The translations under genes were made by a program, and so were the position numbers. 32,000 nt of DNA from Cylindrospermopsis raciborskii Cr2010 (GTDB lineage Bacteria > Cyanobacteriota > Cyanobacteriia > Cyanobacteriales > Nostocaceae), in NCBI RefSeq assembly GCF_003367075.2, contig NZ_CP065936.1, positions 3,720,001-3,752,000 of the forward strand. Reading direction: 5' to 3'. The notes under the pieces were generated by a model, which was not told the origin of the DNA, did no database searches, and worked only from the letters and a program-made list of their open reading frames with translations. Numbering within the stretch: position 1 is the stretch's first letter; every line of letters starts with the position of its first letter. Shown in pieces: positions 16,762 to 26,152 of this stretch.

Positions 16762-17583
16762 ATGGAATTATATTTTAGTACTTCTGCCTATGGTGGAACA
16801 TCAACCCGTCAAGTTTTGACCATGTTCTGGGAATTAGGAATCAAGGAGGTAGAACTAGCAATTGGTCCACGCTGTGATCGGGATGCAGTCAAAGCGATTA
16901 CAGAATTTCAGCAAAAAGGCATGACTTATAGGGCTCATCATGCCTTTGTGTGGGGAGAAACTCACAAAAGCTTCAACCTAGCGGAACCCCAGGAATGGAG
17001 CTATTTTGAGCGCATGATGGACTGGTTAGGAGATTTAAAAGTAACAGCGTATTCTGTTCATGGAGGAGATTTTCATAGAGGTCAAGAGAGAGAAAAAGCC
17101 TATGGGCAGTTTAAAGAAAATGTTCAAAATTTACAACAAATCTGTGAAAAGCGGGGAATTGTCCTGGGGGTAGAGACCATGTATCCCACACCTCCTAATA
17201 GTTGGAATTACTATCTGTTGGATAACAGTTGGGAATTGACCCGATTTTGTGAGGAGCTACCTGAGATGAAAATCGTAGTTGATTTAGCACATGTTAATAT
17301 TTGGCGTAATCAGAGCTTGTCAGAAAAACTAGAGTGGCTAAAACTTCCATCAGAGAGGATTTTGGAGATTCATATATCTGATAACGATGGCAAAAGAGAT
17401 ATACATTCACCAATTACAGACAGCACCTGGTGGGTTCCATACGCAGCACAGATTCCTAGAGCAATCCCCATCGTAATAGAGAGTAGATTAAATAGGTTTC
17501 CCCCATCAATTGTCAAAGAACAGTACTTGTACACCCACAACCTGCTCAACCACAGTCCATCAACTTCCCTCGTCTCCAGGTAA
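16762..17583 (+). CDS. Sugar phosphate isomerase/epimerase family protein (xylose-isomerase-like TIM barrel)
   Basis: This is a 273-aa ORF. It has the pattern of barrel strands ending in metal ligands that is typical of the family: EVELA, SVHGG, GVETMYP, VDLAHVNIW and EIHISDNDGKRDIH. The substrate is unknown. Confidence 0.65.
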   Translation: MELYFSTSAYGGTSTRQVLTMFWELGIKEVELAIGPRCDRDAVKAITEFQQKGMTYRAHHAFVWGETHKSFNLAEPQEWSYFERMMDWLGDLKVTAYSVHGGDFHRGQEREKAYGQFKENVQNLQQICEKRGIVLGVETMYPTPPNSWNYYLLDNSWELTRFCEELPEMKIVVDLAHVNIWRNQSLSEKLEWLKLPSERILEIHISDNDGKRDIHSPITDSTWWVPYAAQIPRAIPIVIESRLNRFPPSIVKEQYLYTHNLLNHSPSTSLVSR

Positions 17584-17618
17584 ACTGGTGGAATTGATTG
17601 ATAAACATTAGTAAAACC

Positions 17619-19769
17619 ATGACTGCGTTTTTATTAGAAGTTGGCACAGAAGAACTACCAGCAAGCTTTTTGAGTAGCGCGATTACACAATGGCGATCGC
17701 GCATTCCCCAAATGCTGGAAGCTCATGGTCTCCCCATAGAAAAAGTAGCGGTTTTTGGTACCCCTCGTAGATTAGCAGTGCTGATCACCGGGTTACCATC
17801 CCAGCAACTGGATCGGGAAGAAGAAATTAAGGGACCACCTGCCCAAGCAGCATTTAAAGATGGTAAACCAACCAAAGCAGCAGAAGGGTTCGCTAAAAAG
17901 CAAGGGGTAGAATTATCTGCTTTAGAGGTTCGTTCTACAGATAAGGGGGATTTTATCTTTGTCAATAAAAAGACCCCAGGGAGACCCATAACAGAAATTT
18001 TGACCGAACTAGTTCCCCAATGGGTTTGGAGCTTAGAAGGAAAGCGGTTAATGCGCTGGGGGAGTGGGGATGGGAGGTTTTCTCGTCCTATTCGCTGGTT
18101 AGTTGCTTTATTGGATGGGGATGTTTTACCCTTAGAATTAAGAAATGGGGAAAAAATAGTTAAGAGCGATCGCATTTCCTGGGTACATAGGGTTTTACAT
18201 CGGGGAAGGGTGAGTATTTCCCATGCGACAGAATATGTGGAAACATTGGCCAATGGTTATGTGATAGTTTGTCCAGAGGAGCGGGAGAAAATAATTGTAG
18301 AGCAGGTAAATAGAGCTGTAGAAGAGTTGGGTGGTTGTACAGAAATCTATCCAGAGTTGTTGGCAGAAACTACCAATTTAGTAGAATATCCCACAGCGGT
18401 GGTGGGTAGATTTGAAGATGAATTTCTCCAATTACCAACAGAAGTATCCACCACTGTCATGGTTACCCACCAGCGTTACTTCCCAGTTTTTAAAAACCGG
18501 GATGGAAGAGAACTACTACCAAACTTTGTCACCATATCCAATGGCGATCCAGCAAAATCAGATATTATTGCACTGGGTAATGAGAGAGTAATTCGAGCGC
18601 GGTTAGCAGATGGGAGATTTTTCTATGAAGCGGATTTAGCCAAGTCTCTAGAAGAGTTTTTACCCCAATTAGAAACAGTTACATTTCAAGAAGATCTAGG
18701 TTCTGTGCGAGCCAAAGTCACAAGAATCGGGAATATAGCCCAGGTGATTTGTCAACAATTGGGATTAGGAGAAACTGAAACCGAGAGAGTGCAAAGAGCT
18801 GCTCTATTGTGCAAAGCGGATTTAGTCACCCAAATGGTATATGAATTTCCCGAATTACAAGGTATCATGGGTGAAAAATATGCCCTAGCTAGTAGAGAGG
18901 ATGAGGAAGTAGCTAAAGCCATTTTTGAGCATTATCTACCCAGAAATGCTGATGACATTTTGCCCACCACCCTCACAGGGAAAATCGTGGGCTTAGCTGA
19001 TAGACTAGATACCCTAATTAGCATCTTTGGTTTAGGTTTAATTCCCTCTGGTTCCTCCGATCCCTTTGCCTTACGTCGGGCCGCCAATGCCATTGTGAAT
19101 ATTACCTGGGTTGCTAACCTACCAATAAATTTGGAGTATTTATTAGAGTACACAGCAACTTCCTTTGCTCACACTTTCCATAAAGATGCTCAATCTTTAA
19201 TATCCATCCTGCGAGAATTTTTCATCCAACGTATTCGCACCCTACTCCAAGAAGAAAAACACATAGATTACGATCTAGTTAACGCCGTGTTAGGAGAACA
19301 GGATCCGGAATATATAGAACGCGCACTACAGGATCTACTAGACATTCGCGATCGCGCCACCTATCTACAACAAATCCGCCATAATGGCACCCTAGAGAGA
19401 ATCTATGAAACCATCAATCGTTCCACTAGGTTAGCAGCACAGGGGGATTTAGACTTGCAACAGTTAATCCCGGATGAATTAATTAATCCCACATTGTTTC
19501 AAAAATCATCCGAGACTGCCCTTTATCAAGCCCTAGTAGCATTAGTGCCCCAGACCCAACTTGCACAACAAACGCGCAACTATCAGTTACTAATAGCCGC
19601 CCTGGAAAAAATTGCCCCCACGGTCAGCCAATTCTTTGACGGAGAAGATAGTGTGCTAGTTATGGATCCAGACCCACACATTAAACGCAATCGGTTGAAT
19701 TTACTAGGTCTACTACGTAACCACGGTCGAATTTTAGCAGATTTTGGAGCCATCGTCAAAAACTTGTAG
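17619..19769 (+). CDS. glyS: Glycine--tRNA ligase beta subunit
   Basis: The canonical GlyS N-terminus [18 protein letters not shown] is present, the predicted length is 716 aa, and the LRRAANAIV anticodon-binding-region motif is present. The start is set at the ATG at 17619 rather than the TTG at 17598. Confidence 0.95.
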   Translation: MTAFLLEVGTEELPASFLSSAITQWRSRIPQMLEAHGLPIEKVAVFGTPRRLAVLITGLPSQQLDREEEIKGPPAQAAFKDGKPTKAAEGFAKKQGVELSALEVRSTDKGDFIFVNKKTPGRPITEILTELVPQWVWSLEGKRLMRWGSGDGRFSRPIRWLVALLDGDVLPLELRNGEKIVKSDRISWVHRVLHRGRVSISHATEYVETLANGYVIVCPEEREKIIVEQVNRAVEELGGCTEIYPELLAETTNLVEYPTAVVGRFEDEFLQLPTEVSTTVMVTHQRYFPVFKNRDGRELLPNFVTISNGDPAKSDIIALGNERVIRARLADGRFFYEADLAKSLEEFLPQLETVTFQEDLGSVRAKVTRIGNIAQVICQQLGLGETETERVQRAALLCKADLVTQMVYEFPELQGIMGEKYALASREDEEVAKAIFEHYLPRNADDILPTTLTGKIVGLADRLDTLISIFGLGLIPSGSSDPFALRRAANAIVNITWVANLPINLEYLLEYTATSFAHTFHKDAQSLISILREFFIQRIRTLLQEEKHIDYDLVNAVLGEQDPEYIERALQDLLDIRDRATYLQQIRHNGTLERIYETINRSTRLAAQGDLDLQQLIPDELINPTLFQKSSETALYQALVALVPQTQLAQQTRNYQLLIAALEKIAPTVSQFFDGEDSVLVMDPDPHIKRNRLNLLGLLRNHGRILADFGAIVKNL

Positions 19770-19849
19770 CCAAAATTAACAAAAACCAGTGTAATTTTTG
19801 CCAATTAACGCTAAGATGGGGGAGCTTAACCAGGGATGCTGCACAGTCT

Positions 19850-21250
19850 ATGCCAAAAGCCATTGTAATGGGATTAGGAAAGTCCGGTATTGCTGCGGCG
19901 AGATTGTTGAAACAGGAAGGATGGGAGGTAGAAATTTGGGACAGTAATACCTCCCCATTTCTCCTGGAACAACAACAAAAACTTGCCCAGGAACAAATCA
20001 CTGTCAAATTAGGAAATAACCCAGAATTAAAAGAGAACCAGTTACCAAAATTAATCGTAGTTAGTCCAGGAGTTCCATGGGATATTCCTCTGCTGGTTAA
20101 AGCACGAGAAATGGGAATAGAAACCATGGGAGAAATGGAACTAGCATGGAGACAACTACAAAATATTCCCTGGGTGGGAATTACCGGTACTAATGGTAAA
20201 ACCACCACTACAGCTTTAACAGCGGCTATTTTTCAAGCAGCTGGTCTTCATGCTCCTGCTTGTGGTAACATTGGTTATGCTGTAGCGGAAGTAGCTCTAG
20301 AAGTAGCTTTAGGCGCAAAACCACCAGACTGGGTGATAGGGGAACTCAGTAGTTACCAAATAGAATCTTCCTGGAGTCTTTTTCCTCACATAGGAATTTG
20401 GACGACTTTTACACCAGACCATTTAGCTCGTCACAAAACTCTAGAAAACTACTATGATATTAAAGCTAAACTGCTGAGAAACTCCCGCTTACAAATTATT
20501 AATGGTGACGACGCTTATTTAAGTAAAGTTGGTTTACAACATTGGCCCCATGCTTACTGGACAAGTGTCAAAGGACTAGGTCATTTAATAGGGGGAAAAG
20601 GGTTTTATATAGAAAATGGCTGGGTAACGGAAAAACTATCTGCTGATTCTGAACCTCAACCAATAGTAGCAGTCACAGATCTAAAAATGGTGGGAGAACA
20701 TAATCAGCAAAACCTACTCATGTCAGTGGGAGCAGCAAGATTAGCTGGAATAGAAATTGCTGCTATCAACCATGGAGTCCAACAATTTCCCGGGGTTCCC
20801 CACCGCTTACAACATGTTTGTACCTGGGAAGGAATTGAATTCATCAATGATAGTAAAGCGACAAACTACGATGCAGCTGAAGTAGGTTTAACATCGGTAA
20901 AAAGTCCAACAATTTTAATAGCTGGTGGTGAAGCAAAAGCAGGAGACGACACAGGTTGGTTGAAGAGAATTCAAGAGAAAACCGCAGCGGTATTATTAAT
21001 TGGTAGTGCTGCTGAAACTTTTAGTAAAAGGTTAGAAACTGTAGGGTATGGTAACTTTGAAATTGTGGAGACTATGGAAAAAGCCATTCCCAGAGCTGCA
21101 CAATTGGCTAAACAGCACCAAGCCACCACGGTTTTATTATCACCAGCTTGTGCTAGTTTTGATCAGTATGCCAACTTTGAAGTTAGGGGTGAGCATTTTC
21201 AGCAATTATCGCTAGAATGGGCCAGTTCAGCAATTACTAACAACTCCTAG
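19850..21250 (+). CDS. murD: UDP-N-acetylmuramoyl-L-alanine--D-glutamate ligase
   Basis: The N-terminal Rossmann motif [15 protein letters not shown], the Mur-ligase P-loop [21 protein letters not shown] and a length of 466 aa all fit MurD. Confidence 0.95.
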   Translation: MPKAIVMGLGKSGIAAARLLKQEGWEVEIWDSNTSPFLLEQQQKLAQEQITVKLGNNPELKENQLPKLIVVSPGVPWDIPLLVKAREMGIETMGEMELAWRQLQNIPWVGITGTNGKTTTTALTAAIFQAAGLHAPACGNIGYAVAEVALEVALGAKPPDWVIGELSSYQIESSWSLFPHIGIWTTFTPDHLARHKTLENYYDIKAKLLRNSRLQIINGDDAYLSKVGLQHWPHAYWTSVKGLGHLIGGKGFYIENGWVTEKLSADSEPQPIVAVTDLKMVGEHNQQNLLMSVGAARLAGIEIAAINHGVQQFPGVPHRLQHVCTWEGIEFINDSKATNYDAAEVGLTSVKSPTILIAGGEAKAGDDTGWLKRIQEKTAAVLLIGSAAETFSKRLETVGYGNFEIVETMEKAIPRAAQLAKQHQATTVLLSPACASFDQYANFEVRGEHFQQLSLEWASSAITNNS

Positions 21251-21264
21251 CTAGACGTGCTTGC

Positions 21265-22776
21265 TCATGCCAAAAACAACTTATAGGCGGGGTTTTGAGT
21301 TTCCTCCCAATAGCGGTAACCTAAGGAATCCAGAAAATCCCGCCATTCTTGCGTTTCACCCGGTGGTACTTGCATTCCCACCAGAATGCGCCCATAATCC
21401 GCTCCATTATTGCGGTAATGAAACAAACTGATATTCCAGTCGGGGGACATGGAACCGACAAATTTCATCAGCGCTCCTGGACGTTCAGGAAATTCAAACC
21501 GATACAATAGTTCGTGGTGAGCTAGGGAAGAGTGTCCCCCCACCATGTGACGTAGATGTAGTTTGGTCAGTTCATCATCGGTCAAATCTATGGTTTTTAA
21601 ACCATGCAGTTCAAATTTCTCTACTATTTTAGCAGCATCAGCTCGATTTTCAATCTGCACACCCACAAAAATATGAGCTTCTCGATCATCTGCAATGCGA
21701 TAATTAAATTCTGTTAGGTTTCTATCACCTAAACATTCACAAAATTGTTTAAGACTCCCTGGTTTTTCAGGAATATTCACTGCGAAAATTGCTTCCCGAC
21801 GCTCTCCAAATTCAGCTCTCTCTGCAACGAACCGTAAACGGTCAAAATTCATGTTCGCACCACAAGCTACCGCCACTAAGGTTTTTCCTTGAAGCTGTTC
21901 CCTTTCTGCATAGTACTTAGCTGCTGCAATAGCTAATGCACCTGCAGGTTCCAAAATTGAACGAGTATCTTCAAAAACATCTTTAATGGCTGCACAGGTG
22001 GCATCCGTATCTACTAGCATAATTTCATCCACATATTCCTGACACAGACGAAAAGTTTCTTCTCCCACTTCTTTTACTGCTACCCCATCAGCAAATAAAC
22101 CCACTTGGGATAAGCGCACCCTATGTCCAGCCTTTAAGGATTGATACATAGCATCAGCATCTACGGGTTCCACACCGATAATTTTGATTTCGGGACGTAG
22201 ACGTTTCACATAAGCTCCTATCCCGGAAATTAACCCACCCCCACCAATAGCTACGAAAATTGCATCTATTGGTTGTTGGTATTGACGTAGTATTTCCATA
22301 CCAATAGTTCCCTGACCAGCTATGACATGAGGATCGTCAAAAGGATGGATAAAAGTTAGTCCCTTTTCCGCTTCTAATTTACGAGCATAAGCATAAGCAT
22401 CATCATAGGTATTTCCATATAAAATTACTTCTCCCCCACGGGATTTAACAGCATTTACTTTAACTAGAGGGGTTGTAACCGGCATAACAATCATTGCTCT
22501 TGCTCCTAAGCGACTAGCAGATAGAGCTACGCCTTGAGCATGATTACCAGCGGAAGCAGCAATAACACCCTGTTTAAGTAGGTCTTGGGGTAAGTTGGCC
22601 ATTTTATTATAAGCACCCCGCAGTTTAAAGGAAAAAACTGACTGCATGTCTTCCCGCTTGAGCAGCAGTTTATTGTGAATGCGGTTTGATAAGTTGGGAG
22701 CATATTCTAGGGGTGTTTCCTGGGCTACGTCGTAGACTTTGGCTGTGAGAATTTGTACTAAGTAGTCACAATACAT
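21265..22776 (-). CDS. ilvA: Threonine ammonia-lyase, biosynthetic (two C-terminal ACT-like regulatory domains)
   Basis: The PLP-lysine motif SFKLRGAYN and the glycine loop GGGGLISG are present. The 503-aa length, with a duplicated C-terminal regulatory region, is typical of IlvA. Confidence 0.95.
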   Translation of the reverse strand: MYCDYLVQILTAKVYDVAQETPLEYAPNLSNRIHNKLLLKREDMQSVFSFKLRGAYNKMANLPQDLLKQGVIAASAGNHAQGVALSASRLGARAMIVMPVTTPLVKVNAVKSRGGEVILYGNTYDDAYAYARKLEAEKGLTFIHPFDDPHVIAGQGTIGMEILRQYQQPIDAIFVAIGGGGLISGIGAYVKRLRPEIKIIGVEPVDADAMYQSLKAGHRVRLSQVGLFADGVAVKEVGEETFRLCQEYVDEIMLVDTDATCAAIKDVFEDTRSILEPAGALAIAAAKYYAEREQLQGKTLVAVACGANMNFDRLRFVAERAEFGERREAIFAVNIPEKPGSLKQFCECLGDRNLTEFNYRIADDREAHIFVGVQIENRADAAKIVEKFELHGLKTIDLTDDELTKLHLRHMVGGHSSLAHHELLYRFEFPERPGALMKFVGSMSPDWNISLFHYRNNGADYGRILVGMQVPPGETQEWRDFLDSLGYRYWEETQNPAYKLFLA

Positions 22777-22861
22777 GTTGATAGATGCAAGATAGAGAGT
22801 TTCTTGGAGTTAAATCGTCAATTTTATCTTAAACCGCGACCCCGGATTTATCGGGGGAGCG

Positions 22862-24208
22862 TCAAGCTAGGACATTTTGTGAACTTTCATCTTTCAATGT
22901 TTGGGGTATGGATGCAGATAATAAAAGCATATTACTAGTCATATAAGCTAACAAGCTAGACCATAATAAATGATTACTATGAAAATACCAAGCAGCAATT
23001 ACTAGTGGTATGAAACTGACTATGAAGGACAATAATACCACATTACGCAAAGTACCTCCTTCTCTTAAACCAATAAAATAACCTTCTAAAACAAAAGTCA
23101 TACCTGTAACTACGCAAATGGGAAGTAACCAAATAGTATATTGGTTAATATCTTGATTGACTTCTGTATGATTAGTTAATAGTCCAAATATCTGATTGGG
23201 AAATAAAATAGATGTTCCCGCAAAGCTTAATGCTATGACCAAACTAGTTAGTCCAGCAACTATCAATAAAGGTATTATTTGTTGAGTGTTACCTTTAGCT
23301 TTAAAATTAGCTGTCATAGTTTGTACTGTTAGTCCCACACCGTTAATTGTGAATTGACTTAAAAGAGCAATTTGTAACAATAAACCGTTTTGTGCTAAGA
23401 CATTTGTTCCCATGATCGCACTTGAATTAGTAAATACAGAATACGCGGAAATCAATAATATATAGCGAACCAAAATATTACCTTTTAAAGCCACAACTCC
23501 TTTCAATGCTAACCAATTAAATAATTCCTTAATCGCCACTGGCACAATTTTCCAAGGGATAGTGCAAACCATCCATATTAAACCCACGATTAGAGCTAAA
23601 TACTGGCTTAGAGCCGTTGCTAGACCCGCTCCCATACTTGCCCAACCCCATCGAGAAATCATTAAATAATCTAACAATACATTGGAACCATTACCCACAA
23701 TTGACATTAATAAGACTACCCAATTCATTTCTCTGCCCAAAAACCAACCGAATAAAACAAAATTTAGTAGCACCGCAGGTGCAGCCCAAATTCGCGCAGA
23801 AAAATAATCGGCTCCAGCAGCTTTGATATCTGAAGAACCACTTAAAATAAAAAAGCCAATTTTTTGTAAAGGATATTGTAGCAAAATAATAACTAAACCC
23901 AATAATAAAGCTATTAAACCACTACGCAAACCGGCTAAAATTACCTCTTTGTTGTCATCTTTACCTACAGCTTGCGCAGTAATAGCATTGGCGCTAGAAC
24001 GCATAAACTTTAATATTCGATAAAGATAATCGAACAAAATAGTTGCTAAAATTACCCCTGCTAAATGTCGAATATCTGTTAGGTGTCCTAAAAAAGCAAT
24101 ATCTACCAAACCAGCTAAGGGAACCATCATATTGCTAAGAATGCTGACACTGCTTAATCGGTAAAATCTGACCAAGAAGTCGTACTGAGTTGGAACTGTA
24201 AATGTCAT
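22862..24208 (-). CDS. MATE-family efflux transporter
   Basis: This is a 448-aa protein with about 12 hydrophobic helices. The N-terminal SILSNMMVPLAGLVDIAFLGHL is typical of MatE domains. Confidence 0.8.
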   Translation of the reverse strand: MTFTVPTQYDFLVRFYRLSSVSILSNMMVPLAGLVDIAFLGHLTDIRHLAGVILATILFDYLYRILKFMRSSANAITAQAVGKDDNKEVILAGLRSGLIALLLGLVIILLQYPLQKIGFFILSGSSDIKAAGADYFSARIWAAPAVLLNFVLFGWFLGREMNWVVLLMSIVGNGSNVLLDYLMISRWGWASMGAGLATALSQYLALIVGLIWMVCTIPWKIVPVAIKELFNWLALKGVVALKGNILVRYILLISAYSVFTNSSAIMGTNVLAQNGLLLQIALLSQFTINGVGLTVQTMTANFKAKGNTQQIIPLLIVAGLTSLVIALSFAGTSILFPNQIFGLLTNHTEVNQDINQYTIWLLPICVVTGMTFVLEGYFIGLREGGTLRNVVLLSFIVSFIPLVIAAWYFHSNHLLWSSLLAYMTSNMLLLSASIPQTLKDESSQNVLA

Positions 24209-24357
24209 GATTTTTTTTACTACATGGAACTATTATCCATATAAAAAATAGCACAAGTTTGTAAGATTGGCTGGATTTAAAGAAAGAATTTACAATTAGT
24301 ATAGTAATAAGTCTCAAGAATATTAACTTAGACTAGATGTTTAAAAGCCTAGTAATT

Positions 24358-24461
24358 TACAGCAGATTCTTTCGTTATGAAGTACATCATAGCCCCTCAT
24401 CGCTTGCGGGATGGGGCCCGGGGTGCGGTTATTGTACCTCATGACAGTGGAAAGTGCTGTA
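24358..24461. repeat. About 104-nt imperfect palindromic, GC-rich structured element (MITE-like small dispersed repeat or sRNA candidate)
   Basis: The outer arms tacagca..ctttc..ttatgaagtaca and tgtacctcatga..ggaaagtgctgta are reverse complements with a few mismatches and indels. The core gcccctcatcgcttgcgggatggggcccggggtgcgg is strikingly GC-rich within an AT-rich intergenic region. Confidence 0.5.
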
Positions 24462-24583
24462 TCAATACATTGAGAGTTAAAAAGATCTGTATTAGAAGAA
24501 TAGGGTTTTAGGACTAAACCTTTAATGAGATAATGATTATATTAAAACGGCAAGTTGTGATTCAATAGAGAAGAACACGGAAG

Positions 24584-25219
24584 ATGCAGATAACTAAGAT
24601 AAAAAGGAAGATAGAAATGATTACATTGATTTACCGACGGAATTTGACAAGAATTTTAATTCTGGCTTTTTTCTCGCTCATGACCTGGTTGAATTTCACT
24701 CCCCCAGATATTACTCCTACAGCTATAGCTCTGGGTGGTAAATTGCCCCCTGTTAATCAGCTCGCACCTACTTTTACTCTACCCACAAATACGGGGGATG
24801 GGAAGATTTCTTTGGCTGATTTTAGAGGTCACTGGGTGGTTTTATACTTCTACCCTAAGGATTTTACCTCTGGTTGTACTATTGAAGCACGACGCTTTCA
24901 ACAGGATTTGCCCAAGTATCTGGAAAAAAATACTAGGATTGTTGGTGTGAGTGCGGACAGTGTGGACTCCCATGCTAAATTTTGTGACTCCCAGGGATTA
25001 AAATTCCCTCTGTTAGCTGATACTGATGGTGCAGTTAGTAAAGCATACGGATCCTGGATTGGTTTTTTCTCCATGCGTCATACTTTTATTATTGACCCAC
25101 AGGGTACTCTCAGAGAAATTTTTCTGGGAGTTAATCCTAATGTTCACAGTCAAGAAGTTTTGGCACGTTTGGTAGAATTACAGAAAACATCTCTAGAACT
25201 GTCTTTAAATGAATCATGA
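24584..25219 (+). CDS. bcp: Peroxiredoxin, PrxQ/BCP type, with an N-terminal hydrophobic anchor or signal
   Basis: The peroxidatic-Cys motif is VVLYFYPKDFTSGCTIEA, followed by GVSADSVDSHAKF. The N-terminal RILILAFFSLMTWL suggests export or membrane anchoring. An alternative start is the ATG at 24617. Confidence 0.85.
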   Translation: MQITKIKRKIEMITLIYRRNLTRILILAFFSLMTWLNFTPPDITPTAIALGGKLPPVNQLAPTFTLPTNTGDGKISLADFRGHWVVLYFYPKDFTSGCTIEARRFQQDLPKYLEKNTRIVGVSADSVDSHAKFCDSQGLKFPLLADTDGAVSKAYGSWIGFFSMRHTFIIDPQGTLREIFLGVNPNVHSQEVLARLVELQKTSLELSLNES

Positions 25220-26114
25220 TGTCTTTCTTGTCCCTCCAGGAAAGAAAATCTCCTTGGGGGACTATGACCCCAGCTACAAGGCTGAATTTCATCAAAAAGT
25301 TGATGCTGTTAAAAAATTAAGAGCGGGTATCAAAGAACTGGCTAGATATCAAGATGTTCTCTATGCCCAAAATACCTATGCTCTCCTCATTATCTTTCAA
25401 GCTATGGATGCTGCTGGAAAGGATAGCACCATTAAACACGTTATGTCTGGTGTAAATCCCCAAGGGTGTCAGGTGTTTAGTTTTAAAGCACCTAGTGATG
25501 AAGAGTTGGATCATGATTACCTATGGCGATCTACTAGGTGTTTGCCAGAACGAGGTAGGATTGGTATATTTAACCGTTCTTATTATGAGGAATTATTGGT
25601 AGTAAGAGTACATCCAGAAACCCTCGCTAGACAACAACTTCATCATTTTCCCCAGGGTAATCAACTCTGGAAACAGCGGTTTGAGGAAATCAACAATTTT
25701 GAAAAGTACCTGGTTAATAATGGTATTGTTATTCTCAAGTTCTTTCTCCATATCTCACCACAGGAACAGAAAAAACGCTTTCTCCAAAGAATTGAATCCC
25801 CAGCTAAACATTGGAAGTTTTCTGCAAGTGATGTTCGAGAACGCGCTTTTTGGCATGATTATATGATTGCCTATGAGGATGTATTTAACCACACTAGTAC
25901 TAAACACTCCCCTTGGTATATCATCCCGGCAGATCGTAAATGGTTTACAAGGCTAGTGGTGTCGGAGATTATCTGTGATAAACTAAAAGAACTAGACTTG
26001 CAATATCCAATTGTTAGTGAAGAACATCAGCAACAACTTCTACAAGCTAAAAAGCTTCTTGAAAGTGAAGACATCACTAACTTCCACCCTAGAACGAGCG
26101 ATCGCATTTCCTAA
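25209..26114 (+). CDS. ppk2: Polyphosphate kinase 2 family protein (polyphosphate:nucleotide phosphotransferase)
   Basis: The Walker-A-like FQAMDAAGKDSTIKHV is present, along with HDYLWR, PERGRIGIFNRSYYE and a lid region. The protein is a 301-aa single-domain PPK2. The start codon overlaps the peroxiredoxin gene by 11 nt. Confidence 0.85.
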   Translation: MNHDVFLVPPGKKISLGDYDPSYKAEFHQKVDAVKKLRAGIKELARYQDVLYAQNTYALLIIFQAMDAAGKDSTIKHVMSGVNPQGCQVFSFKAPSDEELDHDYLWRSTRCLPERGRIGIFNRSYYEELLVVRVHPETLARQQLHHFPQGNQLWKQRFEEINNFEKYLVNNGIVILKFFLHISPQEQKKRFLQRIESPAKHWKFSASDVRERAFWHDYMIAYEDVFNHTSTKHSPWYIIPADRKWFTRLVVSEIICDKLKELDLQYPIVSEEHQQQLLQAKKLLESEDITNFHPRTSDRIS

Positions 26115-26124
26115 GAGCGATCGC
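26098..26124. repeat. Two HIP1 octamers 11 nt apart (gagcgatcgc x2) spanning the ppk2 stop codon
   Basis: GCGATCGC was read directly at 26098-26105 and 26117-26124. Because HIP1 is palindromic, the two copies can pair into an 8-bp stem with the TAA stop in the loop. The pair lies between convergent ppk2 and the ABC1-kinase gene. Confidence 0.6.
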
Positions 26125-26152
26125 CAGGAATAGAAAACTAACCAAGTCAGTT

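Noticed and set aside
17723-18253. A 176-aa minus-strand ORF inside glyS. Similar antisense ORFs occur at 19756-20208 (murD/glyS junction), 1101-1352 and 1529-1717 (chlB), 3320-3595 (htpX), 5815-6111 (ROK), 8596-8778, 13015-13239, 16168-16365, 18932-19153, 19583-19804, 23617-24023, 24735-24950, 25317-25514, 25681-25866, 27769-28035 and 28959-29243.
   Set aside because: All of them lie entirely within, and opposite to or out of frame with, strongly supported genes. Their translations are compositionally odd, with no recognisable motifs. I treat them as shadow ORFs.
24377-24511. A 44-aa ORF (MKYIIAPHRLRDGARGAVIVPHDSGKCC...) running through the palindromic element.
   Set aside because: Its reading frame is generated by the GC-rich repeat core. 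It has no ribosome-binding site and no protein-like features. The repeat/RNA interpretation is more parsimonious.
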